A stretch of 64,000 bases of DNA from contig CBDCTA010000002.1 in NCBI GenBank assembly GCA_965221955.1, forward strand, positions 64,001 through 128,000, written 5' to 3'. Below are positions 9,114 to 18,721 of this stretch, piece after piece. Positions within the stretch are counted from its first letter, which is position 1, and every line of letters starts with the position of its first letter. The notes below the pieces were generated by a model that was not told the DNA's origin, did not search any database, and saw only the letters and a program-made list of their open reading frames with translations. This DNA comes from Gammaproteobacteria bacterium (lineage in GTDB: Bacteria; Pseudomonadota; Gammaproteobacteria; UBA4575). A program made the translations under genes and the position numbers.

Positions 9114-11315
9114 ATGAAAATTTTAAAGCCACGCATCGGCTTACGCTTAAAGCTGGTTTTTCTATCTAGTTTTTTATTTGCGATTCCTTGGTTGGGATAC
9201 AAATATGTATGGGAAATGGAAAAATATCTGCGTAAGGGGCAAGAGCAAACATTAGTAGGAACAGTAAGTGCAGCTGCTACAGCTTTGCACGAGAGGCCTA
9301 ACCTATTCAATTCTCAAGCAAGCTTTTTGAGCGATGTGCGTAAAGGCAGAGATTTATATGCTATTGAGGTTTCAACGCCAATTCAATTAGATGGCGATTT
9401 ACAAGAATGGCAAGAGTTTCAATATCAACCTCAATTTTATGGGGACGATTATGTAATTGATGATAAGGAACATTACCAGCCTAAATCACTTAGCTTCAAT
9501 CATATGGTAGTTAAGTTCGAAAATTATTTATATGTAATGTTCGAGGTCATTGATGATTACATTGTATATAGAAATGCAAATTCTTTTAGTGTGCATCGAA
9601 ATGACAATCTACATATAGCATTTCTCGATAAAGAAAATCAATTTCAACGTTACATCATTTCAAATGATTCTCCTGGATGGGTAAATGCATATTTAACCAA
9701 GCCAGAAGAAGGCAGTGTTTACCCTTTGTATCACGAAAGTAAAATTCAAGGTAACTGGAAAGAAACCCCGCATGGTTATAATGTCGAAATCCGTATCCCT
9801 TTAGAGATGATCGGTAACAAATTAGGTTTTGCCATTTATGATGTGGATAATGTGCGTACTCGTAAAGTCAATAATATTGTTGGCACTTCTAATACACAAC
9901 GTTCTGATCAACTAGGGACGGTATTAGTACCTTCTCCTGAAATTGAACAAATTTTAAAAGGCTTAGCCCGTTCAAACTCAAGAATTTGGGTGATTGATAG
10001 TCATCGTCGAGTCTTGGCAAGAATTGGAGACATTCGTTCTGCTTCTGGAGTGATAGAAGGTTCAGAGTCTTATAAAGGTGTGTCAATATCATGGTTGCAA
10101 CAATTCGAAGAAAAGTTCCTACATCCACTTTACTATCAATTACTGACCCGTCCACCACAAGATTTCATTGATGAGTTAGAAGAGGCTACTGAACTTGCAG
10201 GTTCACAAATTGATGCTGCTATACAAGGGCAAGTAGAGTCATCATGGTACTTAACACCTGATAAAAAAGCAGTCGTACTATCTGCTGCACATCCTATTTG
10301 GGTGGATGAAAAAGTGATGGGTGTTGTGATTGCAGAAGAAACGACTAATGGAATTCGTACAATTCGAAATAAAGCGTTGGAAAAGTTATTTACAATAATT
10401 TTAGCAGTGATGTTGCTCAGCACACTTGCTTTATTTTTATTTGCATCTCGAATTTCATTTCGAATACGTAAATTACGCTCACAAGCAGAACAAGCCATTG
10501 ATGAGCATGGCAGAATTCACACGAAGTTTAAGGGTTCAAACGTACAAGATGAAATCGGTGATTTATCGAGAAGTTTTTCCAATATTGTAAGTAGATTAGG
10601 ACAATATAATAACTACTTAGAAAATATGACATCACGTCTTTCGCATGAATTTCGAACTCCTGTAACCGTTGTACGTTCATCACTTGATAACTTATCAATG
10701 CTCGAACATAACGAAGAGGCAAAAGTTTATATGGAGCGTGCGCAAGAGGGGGTCAGGCGTTTAAATACAATTCTGACTAATATGAGTGAAGCAACAAGAT
10801 TGGAGCATTCGTTACAGTCTAGTGATAAGGAAAAATTTAATCTGACAGAACTTGTTAAAGGATGTGTTGAAGGGTACCGAACAGCTTATAGTGAAAATGT
10901 ATTTGAATCGGATATATGCAATATCGATTTACAAGTTAATGGTGTGCCTGAAAATATCGCACAGTTGATTGACAAAGTAGTTGCTAATGCCGTGGAATTT
11001 AGTCGTCAAAGTGATGCAATAAAAATTAAACTTAACAAAGATATGGGGCAAGCGAAGTTAACCATAGAAAACAAGGGCCCTTTGCTAACGGGCGAAATGC
11101 AAGACAGATTGTTTGAGTCTATGGTTTCAGTACGTGAACAAAGCCAGAAAAAACAGACTGGTAAAAAAGAAACTCATTTGGGTATAGGTTTATATATAGC
11201 ACGCCTCATAGCAGAATTTCACCAAGGGCATATCACAATTGAAAACAATATAGACCAATCTGGCGTGATTGCATCTATTTGGTTGCCGGTAGTATCTCTA
11301 GAAAAGAAGGCCTGA
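9114..11315 (+). CDS. pdsS: Sortase-system sensor histidine kinase
   Basis: Two TM helices, large periplasmic domain, HAMP, H-box LSHEFRTP, HLGIGL; ATG 9114 preferred over TTG 9105. Confidence 0.9.
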   Translation: MKILKPRIGLRLKLVFLSSFLFAIPWLGYKYVWEMEKYLRKGQEQTLVGTVSAAATALHERPNLFNSQASFLSDVRKGRDLYAIEVSTPIQLDGDLQEWQEFQYQPQFYGDDYVIDDKEHYQPKSLSFNHMVVKFENYLYVMFEVIDDYIVYRNANSFSVHRNDNLHIAFLDKENQFQRYIISNDSPGWVNAYLTKPEEGSVYPLYHESKIQGNWKETPHGYNVEIRIPLEMIGNKLGFAIYDVDNVRTRKVNNIVGTSNTQRSDQLGTVLVPSPEIEQILKGLARSNSRIWVIDSHRRVLARIGDIRSASGVIEGSESYKGVSISWLQQFEEKFLHPLYYQLLTRPPQDFIDELEEATELAGSQIDAAIQGQVESSWYLTPDKKAVVLSAAHPIWVDEKVMGVVIAEETTNGIRTIRNKALEKLFTIILAVMLLSTLALFLFASRISFRIRKLRSQAEQAIDEHGRIHTKFKGSNVQDEIGDLSRSFSNIVSRLGQYNNYLENMTSRLSHEFRTPVTVVRSSLDNLSMLEHNEEAKVYMERAQEGVRRLNTILTNMSEATRLEHSLQSSDKEKFNLTELVKGCVEGYRTAYSENVFESDICNIDLQVNGVPENIAQLIDKVVANAVEFSRQSDAIKIKLNKDMGQAKLTIENKGPLLTGEMQDRLFESMVSVREQSQKKQTGKKETHLGIGLYIARLIAEFHQGHITIENNIDQSGVIASIWLPVVSLEKKA

Positions 11316-11317
11316 TC

Positions 11318-11710
11318 ATGCGTATTTCAATATTAATAATACTCAGTATAAGTTTACTTTCTTGCACAACATTGGCAGTTAATAAGACTGAAAAACAGGT
11401 TGTTCATGTTGTTTTAATTTGGTTGAAAGCTCCAGGAAACGAACAACATATTGAGAGAATTATAAATACAACTCATCAACTGAAAGAAATTGAAGAGATA
11501 AAGCAACTTCGAATAGGAAAATCAATTTCTAGTAATAGAAAAATTGTAGATGATAGTTTTGATATTGGTTTATATATGATTTTCGATAGTAATGAAGCTA
11601 TGCAAAATTATCTTATACACCCTATACATAAACATGCAGTAAGAACTATTATAAAGCCATTGGCAGTTAAAATAAGAGTGCATGATTTTAATGCTGTAAT
11701 TAAACAGTAA
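11318..11710 (+). CDS. Dabb (stress-responsive A/B barrel) protein, probable lipoprotein
   Basis: Lipobox-like LLSC, HVVLIWLK, Y..HP.H; start moved to ATG 11318 just after the pdsS stop. Confidence 0.75.
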   Translation: MRISILIILSISLLSCTTLAVNKTEKQVVHVVLIWLKAPGNEQHIERIINTTHQLKEIEEIKQLRIGKSISSNRKIVDDSFDIGLYMIFDSNEAMQNYLIHPIHKHAVRTIIKPLAVKIRVHDFNAVIKQ

Positions 11711-11737
11711 TTTATGTGAAAATTTGCATACGAAATT

Positions 11738-12151
11738 ATGTTGTACTTTTTATCTATGTATCTACTGAAGTTTTTCCAAAAACTCTTAATAGTATTGTTG
11801 TTGCTTTTTCTCGGAGGCTATAACTATAGCCATGGGCGCTGGAATACAGGAGAGACTTTAATTAATCATTGCAATGCCACATTAAAACTTCAAGATATCA
11901 ATAATCCAACACCACAAGATCATGCAAAATCGGTTGCCTGCTTAAGTTATTTAGAAGGTGTCAAGCAACTACTATACAAACATGAATCTTTCACTCGAGA
12001 AAGAAATATCTGTTTTCCAGAGGTAGGAATCAGCAATGGCCAGGCTGCCAGGATAGTCGTTAATTATTTAAATGAATATCCTGAAAAACTACAGGAGCAC
12101 AAGTTGGATCTTGTGCTTGAATCATTTACAAATGCGTTCCCTTGTAATTGA
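11738..12151 (+). CDS. Rap1a/Tai-like immunity family protein
   Basis: Signal peptide; TG..L...C, C..YL.GV, IC.P, VV.YL..YPE and AFPC C-terminus. Confidence 0.75.
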   Translation: MLYFLSMYLLKFFQKLLIVLLLLFLGGYNYSHGRWNTGETLINHCNATLKLQDINNPTPQDHAKSVACLSYLEGVKQLLYKHESFTRERNICFPEVGISNGQAARIVVNYLNEYPEKLQEHKLDLVLESFTNAFPCN

Positions 12152-12194
12152 AATAATTATTTTAATTACTTTTTTATTCTCTATAGATGATTAC

Positions 12195-12249
12195 CCGCTT
12201 TGGTCATAAGCGGATATTTTTTTGAAAATATCGCGTCATCCCTGACGCG
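12195..12249. terminator. Three tandem hairpins between convergent genes
   Basis: CCGCTT/AAGCGG followed by a T-run, GATATTTT/AAAATATC, CGCGTCA/TGACGCG. Confidence 0.5.
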
Positions 12250-12319
12250 TCTCATATTAATATGCCGCTCCCAACATCCTGTCCTCAGCTTTTTGCGTGT
12301 CGTCTATATTTAAGCTTGC

Positions 12320-12703
12320 TTAGGTGCGTTTAGGCATTAAAATCCATAAAATAATTGCGACAGCAAACAGGGCAGGAACATCGCCAAATAAGTTTGCATG
12401 TTCATGTCCACCTTCACTGGTAATCGCTTGGTATGCCATGATGCCACCATGCGCAATGCTTGACCAAACTGTAAACCATAATAAACTTCTATGTTCGCTA
12501 GGGTTTTTTGCTGCAAGAATTAAGAAGACGCCAAGTGTCGCATAGATAATAATGATCATCTCTTCATATTCGCTTTGTCTTGGAGTCCATCCCCAACTTT
12601 CAGGTGCAATGATGTTCATCATTGGGTATATTCCAATAATAAAAAATATTCCGGTAATAATTAAAAATATTTTTAGTAATTTAGATTTACTATCTTCTAC
12701 CAT
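12320..12703 (-). CDS. Four-TM membrane protein (DUF6632-like)
   Basis: YATLGVFL..AA..P..HRSL.WFTVWSS..H and GDVPAL pattern. Confidence 0.7.
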   Translation of the reverse strand: MVEDSKSKLLKIFLIITGIFFIIGIYPMMNIIAPESWGWTPRQSEYEEMIIIIYATLGVFLILAAKNPSEHRSLLWFTVWSSIAHGGIMAYQAITSEGGHEHANLFGDVPALFAVAIILWILMPKRT

Positions 12704-12998
12704 GACTTTCTCCTTAACACGTCGTTATAATTATAATTTATTAGATGAGGCTATAAGTTAAATTATAAAAAATATTCACTTATTGGAGCTCACTTCCTTA
12801 TTATAGACCTAAGAAACCTGCTTGTGAAAAATAATGAATACATATCTAATTTATTTGATTCTATGCGAAAATTTGATTAATTAGAGGGTGAAAAGTTAAT
12901 AGATGACGCTATAGTTTCAGGGTTTTTCAGTGATATGAGCATTCATATCGAAATGATAGGATAATTATAACGATAAATTCAAAATATAAGGATTAAGA

Positions 12999-13538
12999 AT
13001 GAAGCCAGCATTGATTCTTGTTGATATACAAAATGATTATTTCCCTGGTGGAAAGATGGAGCTGGTAAATATGGATATCGCTAGTTCAAATGCACGACTG
13101 TTATTAGATAAATTTCGTGACCAAAATTTAAAAACCTACCATATTCAACACACATTTTTAGATTCTAGTGCAGGTTTCTTTATTGAAAATACGGAAGGTA
13201 TTGAGATACACGGAAGTGTGGACCCTTTGAGAGGGGAAACAGTAATCCATAAGAATTACCCAAATAGTTTTCGAGAAACCGACTTGTTAGATCAGCTAAA
13301 AGAAAATGGAATTACCGATTTGGTAATTTGTGGTGCGATGAGTCATATGTGTATAGAAGCAACAACGCGTGCCGCGGCAGATTATGGGTTTAAATGTGTG
13401 GTTGTGCAAGATGCTTGTGCCACGCGTGATGTCGATTTTCAAGGTAAAGAAGTTTCAGCTACTGATGTGCACAATGCATCCATGTCTGCATTAGCATTCG
13501 CATACGCAAGTGTCGTTAATTTAAATGATATAATATAA
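12999..13538 (+). CDS. Isochorismatase-family cysteine hydrolase
   Basis: LVDIQNDYF, K..PNSF, GAMSHMC (Asp-Lys-Cys triad). Confidence 0.9.
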   Translation: MKPALILVDIQNDYFPGGKMELVNMDIASSNARLLLDKFRDQNLKTYHIQHTFLDSSAGFFIENTEGIEIHGSVDPLRGETVIHKNYPNSFRETDLLDQLKENGITDLVICGAMSHMCIEATTRAAADYGFKCVVVQDACATRDVDFQGKEVSATDVHNASMSALAFAYASVVNLNDII

Positions 13539-13612
13539 ATAAAATTACTATTAACTCTTCATCAATTACAACAGCATTATTTAAAATAGTATTTTGGATA
13601 ACTGCAGTATTC

Positions 13613-13954
13613 ATGAGCTTGAGTTTGACCTCACTCGTTGAACTACAAACAGCAACATTTATAGATCGTCTGGATCTATTCCTTTCAATATTCGCCACAT
13701 TGGGTTTATTTGGGATGGCGTACTCTACGAGAATTTTTACCAATGTGTTTTGGCGTTATTTTTTTTATTTTGGAGTGATTGAAACCTTTTTATATTCAAT
13801 TGTTTTGCCTTGGGTAGGGTACGAGCGCTATGGGAAGCCATTTGTTTTTAGTGGTCTTTATGTGTTTGAGATCATATATGCTGTAATATTGCTTTATGTT
13901 ATATATTTATATGCATATCGGACATCATCAATTTGGATAGATGAGAAAATTTAA
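13613..13954 (+). CDS. Hypothetical membrane protein (start may be upstream)
   Basis: Hydrophobic ORF; the frame stays open back to 13529. Confidence 0.6.
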   Translation: MSLSLTSLVELQTATFIDRLDLFLSIFATLGLFGMAYSTRIFTNVFWRYFFYFGVIETFLYSIVLPWVGYERYGKPFVFSGLYVFEIIYAVILLYVIYLYAYRTSSIWIDEKI

Positions 13955-14005
13955 AATTTAGAATTAATATTTTTACATTACTCAATTTGAAAAGGCATAA
14001 ATGAG

Positions 14006-15268
14006 GTGAACCGCGCAGAGCGAAGACGTCTTATAAAAGAAAGCCGCAAACAAAAAGTGGTACCGCCACAACTGCGTGAAAAGTTTTTGACAAATGCAGT
14101 TCAGGAACTTCAGCAAGGCAATCTCGAACAGGCAGATAAATTATTTAAGAAACTGATAACATCTAACCCAGATGATCCAAATGCGCTACATTTTGGCGGC
14201 ATTACGAAATATCAATTAGGTTCATATAATGAGTCGCTTGAACTTCTAAATCATGCAGTGCAAATGGCACCTAACTATGCTGAGGCGCATAACAGTCAAG
14301 GAATAGTATTACTTGAACAACGTGAATTTGAAAAAGCACGTGATAGTTTTGAGAAAGCAGTACATTTAAAGAATGATTATTCGAACGCACACGCAAATCT
14401 TGGTAGTGCGTTAAAAGGTTTAGGTAAGTTGGAAGAAGCATGTACTGCTTATAATATTGCATTACAGATAGATCCAAATAACAGGGAAGCAGCATATAAT
14501 CTTGCAGCAACATTGTTGGCTAATGATGATCCTGTAGCAGCACTAGAAATAGCAAATAACTGTTTAGCGCTTGATCCCTATTGTCAAAATGCGAGTGCGT
14601 ATAAAGCTATTGCACTATCGCAACTTCAACGGTCCGATGACTGGGGTGTTCTATATAACTTTGATGAACTGATTCATAAAGTATATCTCGAAATTCCAAA
14701 AGGATATGATTCATTAGAGTCTTTCAATTTGAAACTTGAAAAAGATGTCCGTAATCATTCAACGTTAACTTGGGAACCATTAGAACGTGTCACTACTGGT
14801 GGTGCAGTTACAAAAGATATATTGCTAAAACCTACAAAAGCTATTCAGGCTTTTGAAAAAATGTTGCGTAATGCAATTGACAGCTATAGAGACAGTCTTC
14901 CATTTGATGATAATCACCCTTTTTATTCTCGTATACCAAAAAAATATCACCTTACTTTAATTGCATCTATCCTAAAAGAAAAAGGCAAGCATCCACCACA
15001 TATACATGAATCATCTTGGTTGAGTGGGTGTTATTATGTGCGCATTCCATCTGCGGTAAATAGTGCATCTGAAAAACGTGAAGGATGGTTGGAGTTTGGG
15101 AGACCAGACTATGAACTGCCAAACGATTTTTCTCCTGATGTTACAGCTGTAAAGCCTGAAGAAGGTGCAGCTCTTTTTTTTCCTTCATACTTTTTTCATG
15201 GAACAATTCCTTTTACAGGAGCTGAGGAAAGAATTGGGATAGCCTTTGACGTTTATCCACTAGAATGA
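14006..15268 (+). CDS. TPR-repeat protein fused to putative 2OG-Fe(II) oxygenase domain
   Basis: About five TPRs, then HPPHIH..WLSGCYY, FFPSYFFHGT and R...AFD. Confidence 0.85.
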   Translation: MNRAERRRLIKESRKQKVVPPQLREKFLTNAVQELQQGNLEQADKLFKKLITSNPDDPNALHFGGITKYQLGSYNESLELLNHAVQMAPNYAEAHNSQGIVLLEQREFEKARDSFEKAVHLKNDYSNAHANLGSALKGLGKLEEACTAYNIALQIDPNNREAAYNLAATLLANDDPVAALEIANNCLALDPYCQNASAYKAIALSQLQRSDDWGVLYNFDELIHKVYLEIPKGYDSLESFNLKLEKDVRNHSTLTWEPLERVTTGGAVTKDILLKPTKAIQAFEKMLRNAIDSYRDSLPFDDNHPFYSRIPKKYHLTLIASILKEKGKHPPHIHESSWLSGCYYVRIPSAVNSASEKREGWLEFGRPDYELPNDFSPDVTAVKPEEGAALFFPSYFFHGTIPFTGAEERIGIAFDVYPLE

Positions 15269-15570
15269 AATCCGTAATTTTAGTAGTCGCAATAGCAACA
15301 CTACATTTTTTTGTTGGGTTATGGTTGTTTACTAAATCTTTTAGTCATGCTTTTTCTGTTTTTGATACAGGTCGAGAGCTTACATTAATAGAGCGAATTA
15401 ACTATTATTTAGTCGAAATATTGTTTTTCCCAATAGTATCCCTTGTTGAAGCAACAAATTATGAAGGAACAAATATTATTGCCCAATATTTACCATTCAT
15501 ATTAAATAGTGTGCTATGGGGGATATTAATTGCATTTTCTTGGAATAAAATTTCTCGTGCATATAAATAA
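15265..15570 (+). CDS. Hypothetical membrane protein
   Basis: ATGA overlap with the upstream gene; three hydrophobic segments. Confidence 0.6.
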   Translation: MKSVILVVAIATLHFFVGLWLFTKSFSHAFSVFDTGRELTLIERINYYLVEILFFPIVSLVEATNYEGTNIIAQYLPFILNSVLWGILIAFSWNKISRAYK

Positions 15571-15584
15571 GTTTGGGGGCTTTT

Positions 15585-16092
15585 ATGAAACTTCAATATA
15601 AGAAAAATAAATTAAATATTGTATTTCCTGTCGTTCTGCTGTTTTCCTGTCTAGGGCTATCGGAACTTTGCATCCAGAGACATTCATGGTTGAGTAAGAA
15701 GCCATTGTCAATGCTCCAGCAAAAGCCGTTTGAGCATTCATTAGAGTTTTTCATGTTTTAGATAGGTGGCATTTAGCTGTGACAGAAACTACTTTAATGG
15801 GGACAGGTAAAAATATAGGTGTTTAACATTAGATAATGGTCAGCATGTTATAGAAAGACTTGAAATCTATGATGAAGCGGCAATGTCATTTCAATATGAA
15901 ATTATGAAATCACCCTTTCCGATTGAAGATTATCATGCGGAGATAACCGTAAAGAGTGTTGAGGGGAATAAAGCAGAAGTAATATGGCGATCAAATTTTA
16001 TGGCTGTCGATGCTAGTGATGAAGAGGTAAAAGATATTATAAGAGGTATATATGTTGCAGGCTTGGATTCATTAGTAGCATTATATAAATAA
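15585..16092 (+). pseudogene. Decayed SRPBCC (MxaD-like) gene
   Basis: Signal-like start in one frame; HPETFMVE*EAIVNAPAKAV*AFIR..WH in a second (TAA 15695, TGA 15731); LTLDNGQHVIERLE..YEIMKSPFP..GIY.AGL in a third. Confidence 0.8.
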
Positions 16093-16117
16093 ATATTAAT
16101 GATTAAGGAGGTGTTCT

Positions 16118-16483
16118 ATGAGCGCATCAGACCATTTGGGATTATATGCACAAGGTTGGGCAACAGGCGATGCTGATCTAGTTTTACAAGCAATTACGAA
16201 TGATTACGTATTAGATGACCCTAATACAGGAAAAATTTCAAAAGATAAATTCCAGGATTATCTAAGCGAAATGAAAGAAACTGTAAAATCACTTCGTGAC
16301 GGAGATTTGCCTGATCCATTTATGGAAATAACGGAAGTACTTACATCAGAAGAAAATGATGTAACAACAGCTTGGTGCGCATGGTCCATACCTGGCACGC
16401 CCGTTAAAGGTGCAGGGCTTATAAAAGTAAATTCATCAGGAGTTTTTTCAGAAATATTAACCTATTATACGTCGCTAGCTTAA
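16118..16483 (+). CDS. SnoaL/NTF2-like protein
   Basis: AAGGAGGT RBS; Y..GW..GD and DDP pattern. Confidence 0.65.
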   Translation: MSASDHLGLYAQGWATGDADLVLQAITNDYVLDDPNTGKISKDKFQDYLSEMKETVKSLRDGDLPDPFMEITEVLTSEENDVTTAWCAWSIPGTPVKGAGLIKVNSSGVFSEILTYYTSLA

Positions 16484-16498
16484 GCGTTATATAAAGTT

Positions 16499-16942
16499 AT
16501 GTTACTGCGTGAAGCTGTATTAGAAGATATTCCAAATTTATGTGAGCTATTAAATTACTTATTTGACCAAGAAGAAGAGTTTAAACCTAATGACAAAATT
16601 CAAAGCGAAGGACTAAAAAGAATAATTTCTCAATCTGATGTTGGTGAAATCATCGTAGCTCAAGAGTCGACTAAAATAGTAGGCATGGTTAATATTTTAT
16701 ACACAATTTCAACTGCACTTGGTGGTCGTGTTGCTATACTCGAAGATATGATCGTAGCTCCAAAAGTACGTGGGAAGGGTGTAGGCTCTAAACTTGTGAA
16801 TTTTTCTCTTGATTTAGCCAAACAAAAAGGCTGTAAGCGTATTACATTACTTACCGATCACGATAATGATGGTGCACATAGATTTTATGAGCGGCATGGT
16901 TTTATTCGTTCTTCTATGGTGGTTTTTCGAAAGTCTATTTGA
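16499..16942 (+). CDS. GNAT acetyltransferase
   Basis: LEDMIV...RGKGVG (motif A) and N..A..FYE..GF. Confidence 0.9.
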   Translation: MLLREAVLEDIPNLCELLNYLFDQEEEFKPNDKIQSEGLKRIISQSDVGEIIVAQESTKIVGMVNILYTISTALGGRVAILEDMIVAPKVRGKGVGSKLVNFSLDLAKQKGCKRITLLTDHDNDGAHRFYERHGFIRSSMVVFRKSI

Positions 16943-17086
16943 AGATTATGGTTGTATCTCGCTATATATCTACTAAATACGCATAGGACCTTGTTTTGCC
17001 AATCTAATTAATTGTTAAATTCAAATTATTTTTAAGTATAATGGCTTTTGTCTCAATAAAATAACTACAATAAATTGGAGGCAAAG

Positions 17087-18451
17087 ATGGATAATGAGCT
17101 GGCTAGCTTAGGTGTCATCTTCACAGAATTTTATTACTGGCTTACAGTAGTGATAATGTTTCTTATACATGTAGGTTTTTGCATGTATGAAGTTGCCGTT
17201 TCAAGGCACAAAAATCATATGCATACTTTAATGAAGAACACCATGGTAATCCCATTGGTGACAATCACTTTTTTCTTTTTTGGGTGGTGGATATATTTCG
17301 CATTTCCAAATGGCCCTGGAATTATTGGCGGATTAATTGATGCCCCACATGCAAAAGGATGGAGTCAATTAATGGGACCACATATGGGAGGAAGTGGTGA
17401 TCCTGATGGTTGGGCACGCATTAATGGAGTGTTTTGGGCAGCTTTTCTTTTGTTTTCGTGGACAGCAGCATCGATAGTATCCGGTTCGGTAATAGAAAGA
17501 ATACGTTCAAATGCATTCTGGTTACTTGCAGTATTAATTGGATCTGTATTTTGGATTATTGATGCCGCTTGGGGTTGGCATGCAGATGGTTGGATGGTAA
17601 AGCTGTTGGGCTATCACGACGCTTATGCATCTGGAGTTATCCATGCTATTGCAGGAGGTTTTGCATTAGGTATTTTATTTGTATTGGGGCCGCGAATTGG
17701 GAAGTTTAGAGAAGATGGCACGCCGCGGGTCATCCATCCACGAAATCCTTGGCTCTATACTATTGGTCTTTTTATTCTGTATACAGGATTTTGGGGCTTT
17801 TATGTGGCATGCAACATTCCAATGTGGGACATTCAAAGTGGTGATGGTGTATTTTATTCAGCAACTAATATTTATTTAGCACCCACAACACTTTCTGCTA
17901 TCACTGTTAATTTTTTAATGTCACTTTCGGGTGGCTTATTGATGGGATACATTGTTTCTAAAGGCGATGCATATTGGACATATTCTGCTGGCCTGGCTGG
18001 AATTATTGCAGCGTCTGCAGGAAATGATTTATATCACCCAATACAAGCACTACTAGTTTCAGCTGCTGGTGTCTTCGTTATCTATAAATTACATTACTGG
18101 GTTGAAAGTAAATTTAAAATTGATGATGCAGTAGGTGCAGTAGCAGTTCATGGCTATGCAGGGTTCTATGGAGTGGTGATTGCAGGATTTATTTTATGGG
18201 GATATCCATCATCCCCAAATCCTGAATATGCGAGTGTTAACCCCCTAGGTCAATTTATAGGAGCACTAATAATGTTTGGACTCCTTGGGTTTCTACCTGG
18301 TTGGATATTTGCCAAAATTTTAAATACGTTTGGAGTCTTACGAATTCCTAGAGAGATTGAGTTAATTGGACTTGATACTGCCGAGAATATTCAACGTTTG
18401 AAGGATGAGCAAGAAATTCTAAAAGCTGAACATGAAGCGATAAACAAATAA
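17087..18451 (+). CDS. amt: Divergent Amt-family (methyl)ammonium transporter
   Basis: GF.MYE, IVSG...ER, HD...SGVIH, LGPRIGKF, DDAVGAVAVHG; GGAGG RBS before ATG 17087. Confidence 0.9.
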   Translation: MDNELASLGVIFTEFYYWLTVVIMFLIHVGFCMYEVAVSRHKNHMHTLMKNTMVIPLVTITFFFFGWWIYFAFPNGPGIIGGLIDAPHAKGWSQLMGPHMGGSGDPDGWARINGVFWAAFLLFSWTAASIVSGSVIERIRSNAFWLLAVLIGSVFWIIDAAWGWHADGWMVKLLGYHDAYASGVIHAIAGGFALGILFVLGPRIGKFREDGTPRVIHPRNPWLYTIGLFILYTGFWGFYVACNIPMWDIQSGDGVFYSATNIYLAPTTLSAITVNFLMSLSGGLLMGYIVSKGDAYWTYSAGLAGIIAASAGNDLYHPIQALLVSAAGVFVIYKLHYWVESKFKIDDAVGAVAVHGYAGFYGVVIAGFILWGYPSSPNPEYASVNPLGQFIGALIMFGLLGFLPGWIFAKILNTFGVLRIPREIELIGLDTAENIQRLKDEQEILKAEHEAINK

Positions 18452-18487
18452 AGTTTTATAATAGATAAAAATCAATAAGGAGACTTT

Positions 18488-18721
18488 ATGTCTACGGGTA
18501 ATTTTGAAAATTGGGCGGGTGAGATCAGTGAAATCGGTGCAATTTATCCATTTGTAGGTTCAGAATTCATTCTTTGGCTTATAGGAATTGGTTTATGGAT
18601 AGTTTGGCATGTTGTTCAATATCGAACTGAAAATAGACAATATGAAGATCAGCACAAAAAGCTTGGCAGCCCGGATACAATAAAACAGCTTCTTGATGTA
18701 GAGAATCCGGAGCAATTCTAG
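18488..18721 (+). CDS. Small single-TM protein downstream of amt
   Basis: AAGGAG RBS; IG.IYPF.GSE followed by a TM helix ending WIVWH. Confidence 0.75.
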   Translation: MSTGNFENWAGEISEIGAIYPFVGSEFILWLIGIGLWIVWHVVQYRTENRQYEDQHKKLGSPDTIKQLLDVENPEQF

